From: Neophaeotheca triangularis | Taxonomy: Eukaryota | Reading direction: 5' to 3' | DNA: 64,000 nucleotides | Assembly: GCA_054600435.1 (NCBI GenBank) | Contig: BAAIJX010000060.1 | Span: 1-64,000 of the forward strand | Translations under genes and position numbers: made by a program | Part shown: positions 62,189 through 64,000 of the stretch, piece after piece | How the letters are laid out: every line of letters begins with the position of its first letter | Numbering within the stretch: the first letter of the stretch is position 1 | Notes under the pieces: model-generated | Told to the model about the DNA's origin: nothing | What the model saw: only the letters and a program-made list of their open reading frames with translations | The model's database searches: none

Positions 62189-63379
62189 TTTGGGTCGAGT
62201 AATGTCAAGGTACTGTAAGGTATTGGAGAGATTGTCGACAATCGAGTCAAGACTCAAGTATGTAGTAGCTGGCTGCTTGCACTTTATATGTCTGCATCCA
62301 TCACTCTGCCGACTTAGTTATATACCTTGATCTTATTGCTGTTGGAGGTTAATGTTCCCCACCACTTCCATCGCATAACCCCATGCGGCAGGCATGCGTC
62401 GGGATCCCTTTCCCTTTGGCCGATCACCCCCGCCTTGGGACGTAGAGAAGTCGGGTAGTTTTGTCACCTCCAAAGTTTTGACGATGCCCTGTTCGACGGC
62501 AAGCCGCCGGCAATAATGTGAGACTGAACTGTGTCGAGCTCCTCCACTGCTCACCCGACTTACAGTGGGGAAATGTGAAGTCGTAGAGCGGGGTTAGAGT
62601 CACCACTAGCTAGTACCTCCTACTACCTACTATACTAGTAACTACTCTTGACTACTGCACACTGCAAGCACGGCAAGTGGAGGGAGTCGCCCGAGATGCA
62701 GTCACTCTTATCCTCCCCCGCCCCGTGGAGTCTGGACCGACGTCAAGCAGTGGTCAAGCAACAAGCACCACCACTACATACTTCGGTCCGACGCTTCATG
62801 AATGTACCTTGTCTGATTGAAGCTAGGTAAGGTAGCTTTCGATAAGTTAGATTCAGGCCGAGGGAAACCTGATCTCATAGACTGCTTCTAAAAGTCCTAA
62901 CAGGCACTTCGGCGATACTCTCGGCGTAAATACCCGTCTCTCTCCATTGTAAATGTGATCCATTTCTCTCTCTTTCTCCATTCCTCTGCAGTGTCAGGCT
63001 CGTGGGCGTCGATGTTGGAGTTGCCAATTATTTCCATAAGCGACCGCGGCACTGCATTGGGGCCGACCTTCTTTCTGCGAGACCAGGGTCCACCCCGATC
63101 ACGTACACAAAATGCGAGGTGAATTGTGTTGAAAGCGGCCGAGAGTTTGCTCGGATTGCCTTTTTGATGCGTCCTTGCTCGGCGGCCATTTCTCAATATC
63201 CCCCCCCCCCCCCCCCTCACCATCGTAACGTCGTTCCATCGCATCGCCAGCGGGCGCGGTTTGCACAGTCCTTTCGAATTCCACCCCTCGTCTCTCCAGC
63301 GCATCGACCAAAGCCAAACGGGGCATCCCCATTAAACATCCAATCGTCCATTCACACCACTCCCTCCGCCTGTTCGCAT

Positions 63380-64000
63380 TCACCCCCCTTCCCCAAACAT
63401 ATGCTTAAACTTCTCAATCTTCGTACTCAGATATCTCTCCACTTCGGGTCCCCTAACCCCCTTCTCACCCCCACTCGTCCAAGCAATCGGGACCATGGGT
63501 ACGCGTTCAACAACCCTCACCTCCCTACCCGGGCCCTCCACAGCCCGCACCTTCTCGGGATTATTCGTCAACAACCTAATCCCCCTCTCACCTCCCAACC
63601 CCAAATCCAAAAGCATCGCAGTCGCCAAACCATAAGATCGCGCGTCGCCAGGGTGTCGGAGGAGGATGTTCGCTTCCATGGTGTCGTGGCCCAGGTCTTG
63701 GAGGTTGTAAGCTTTGAGCTTGCTCAACAGGCCAATACCCCTGCCCTCTTGGCGTAGATAGACTATCACACCCCCGCACGGCGGCAATTTCGTCTTGGAG
63801 ACGTCGAAACGGTGTTCATGCGCTCCTTCTCCCCCGCCCTCACTCCCCGGGGTCGAAACCGGCGTCGGCGCGGGCAGAGACATCAGTCTCGCCGCCTCGT
63901 CGAGCTGCTCCCCACAATCGCATCGCGCAGACCACACGGTCTCGCCGGTGTAGCACTCGGAATGGATCCGCACCATGGGCGGGCCGAGCTCGGCCGGATA
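63380..64000 (-). CDS. RIB1: GTP cyclohydrolase II (riboflavin synthesis), 5' end outside the window
   Basis: [41 protein letters not shown] and [10 protein letters not shown]. Confidence 0.95.
   Translation of the reverse strand, partial: YPAELGPPMVRIHSECYTGETVWSARCDCGEQLDEAARLMSLPAPTPVSTPGSEGGGEGAHEHRFDVSKTKLPPCGGVIVYLRQEGRGIGLLSKLKAYNLQDLGHDTMEANILLRHPGDARSYGLATAMLLDLGLGGERGIRLLTNNPEKVRAVEGPGREVRVVERVPMVPIAWTSGGEKGVRGPEVERYLSTKIEKFKHMFGEGG

Overview
Gene-dense eukaryotic DNA from a filamentous ascomycete. Short GT-AG introns with CTRAC branch sites, fungal protein families and many intronless genes suggest a Dothideomycete; this is inference. About 25 protein-coding genes are supported, mostly conserved housekeeping genes: class II G-alpha, SDH6, PRM10-like exporter, fRMsr, NAD kinase, RRD2, PCC1, UPF1, IMP4, SSN3/CDK8, MNN9, GH27 alpha-galactosidase and a partial RIB1. 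A gene-sparse accessory-like interval (about 21.3-34.4 kb) holds a decayed HET-type gene, a secreted CFEM protein, an F-box-like gene and a divergent Argonaute with an intact DEDD tetrad; this is the best candidate for something new. Other oddities are a helix-rich non-coding segment after IMP4, a degenerate tRNA-like element, a 5-nt micro-exon in fRMsr and recurrent C-rich to G-rich skew blocks. No transposon, rRNA or CRISPR array was recognised. Intron boundaries were read by eye and no database searches were run.
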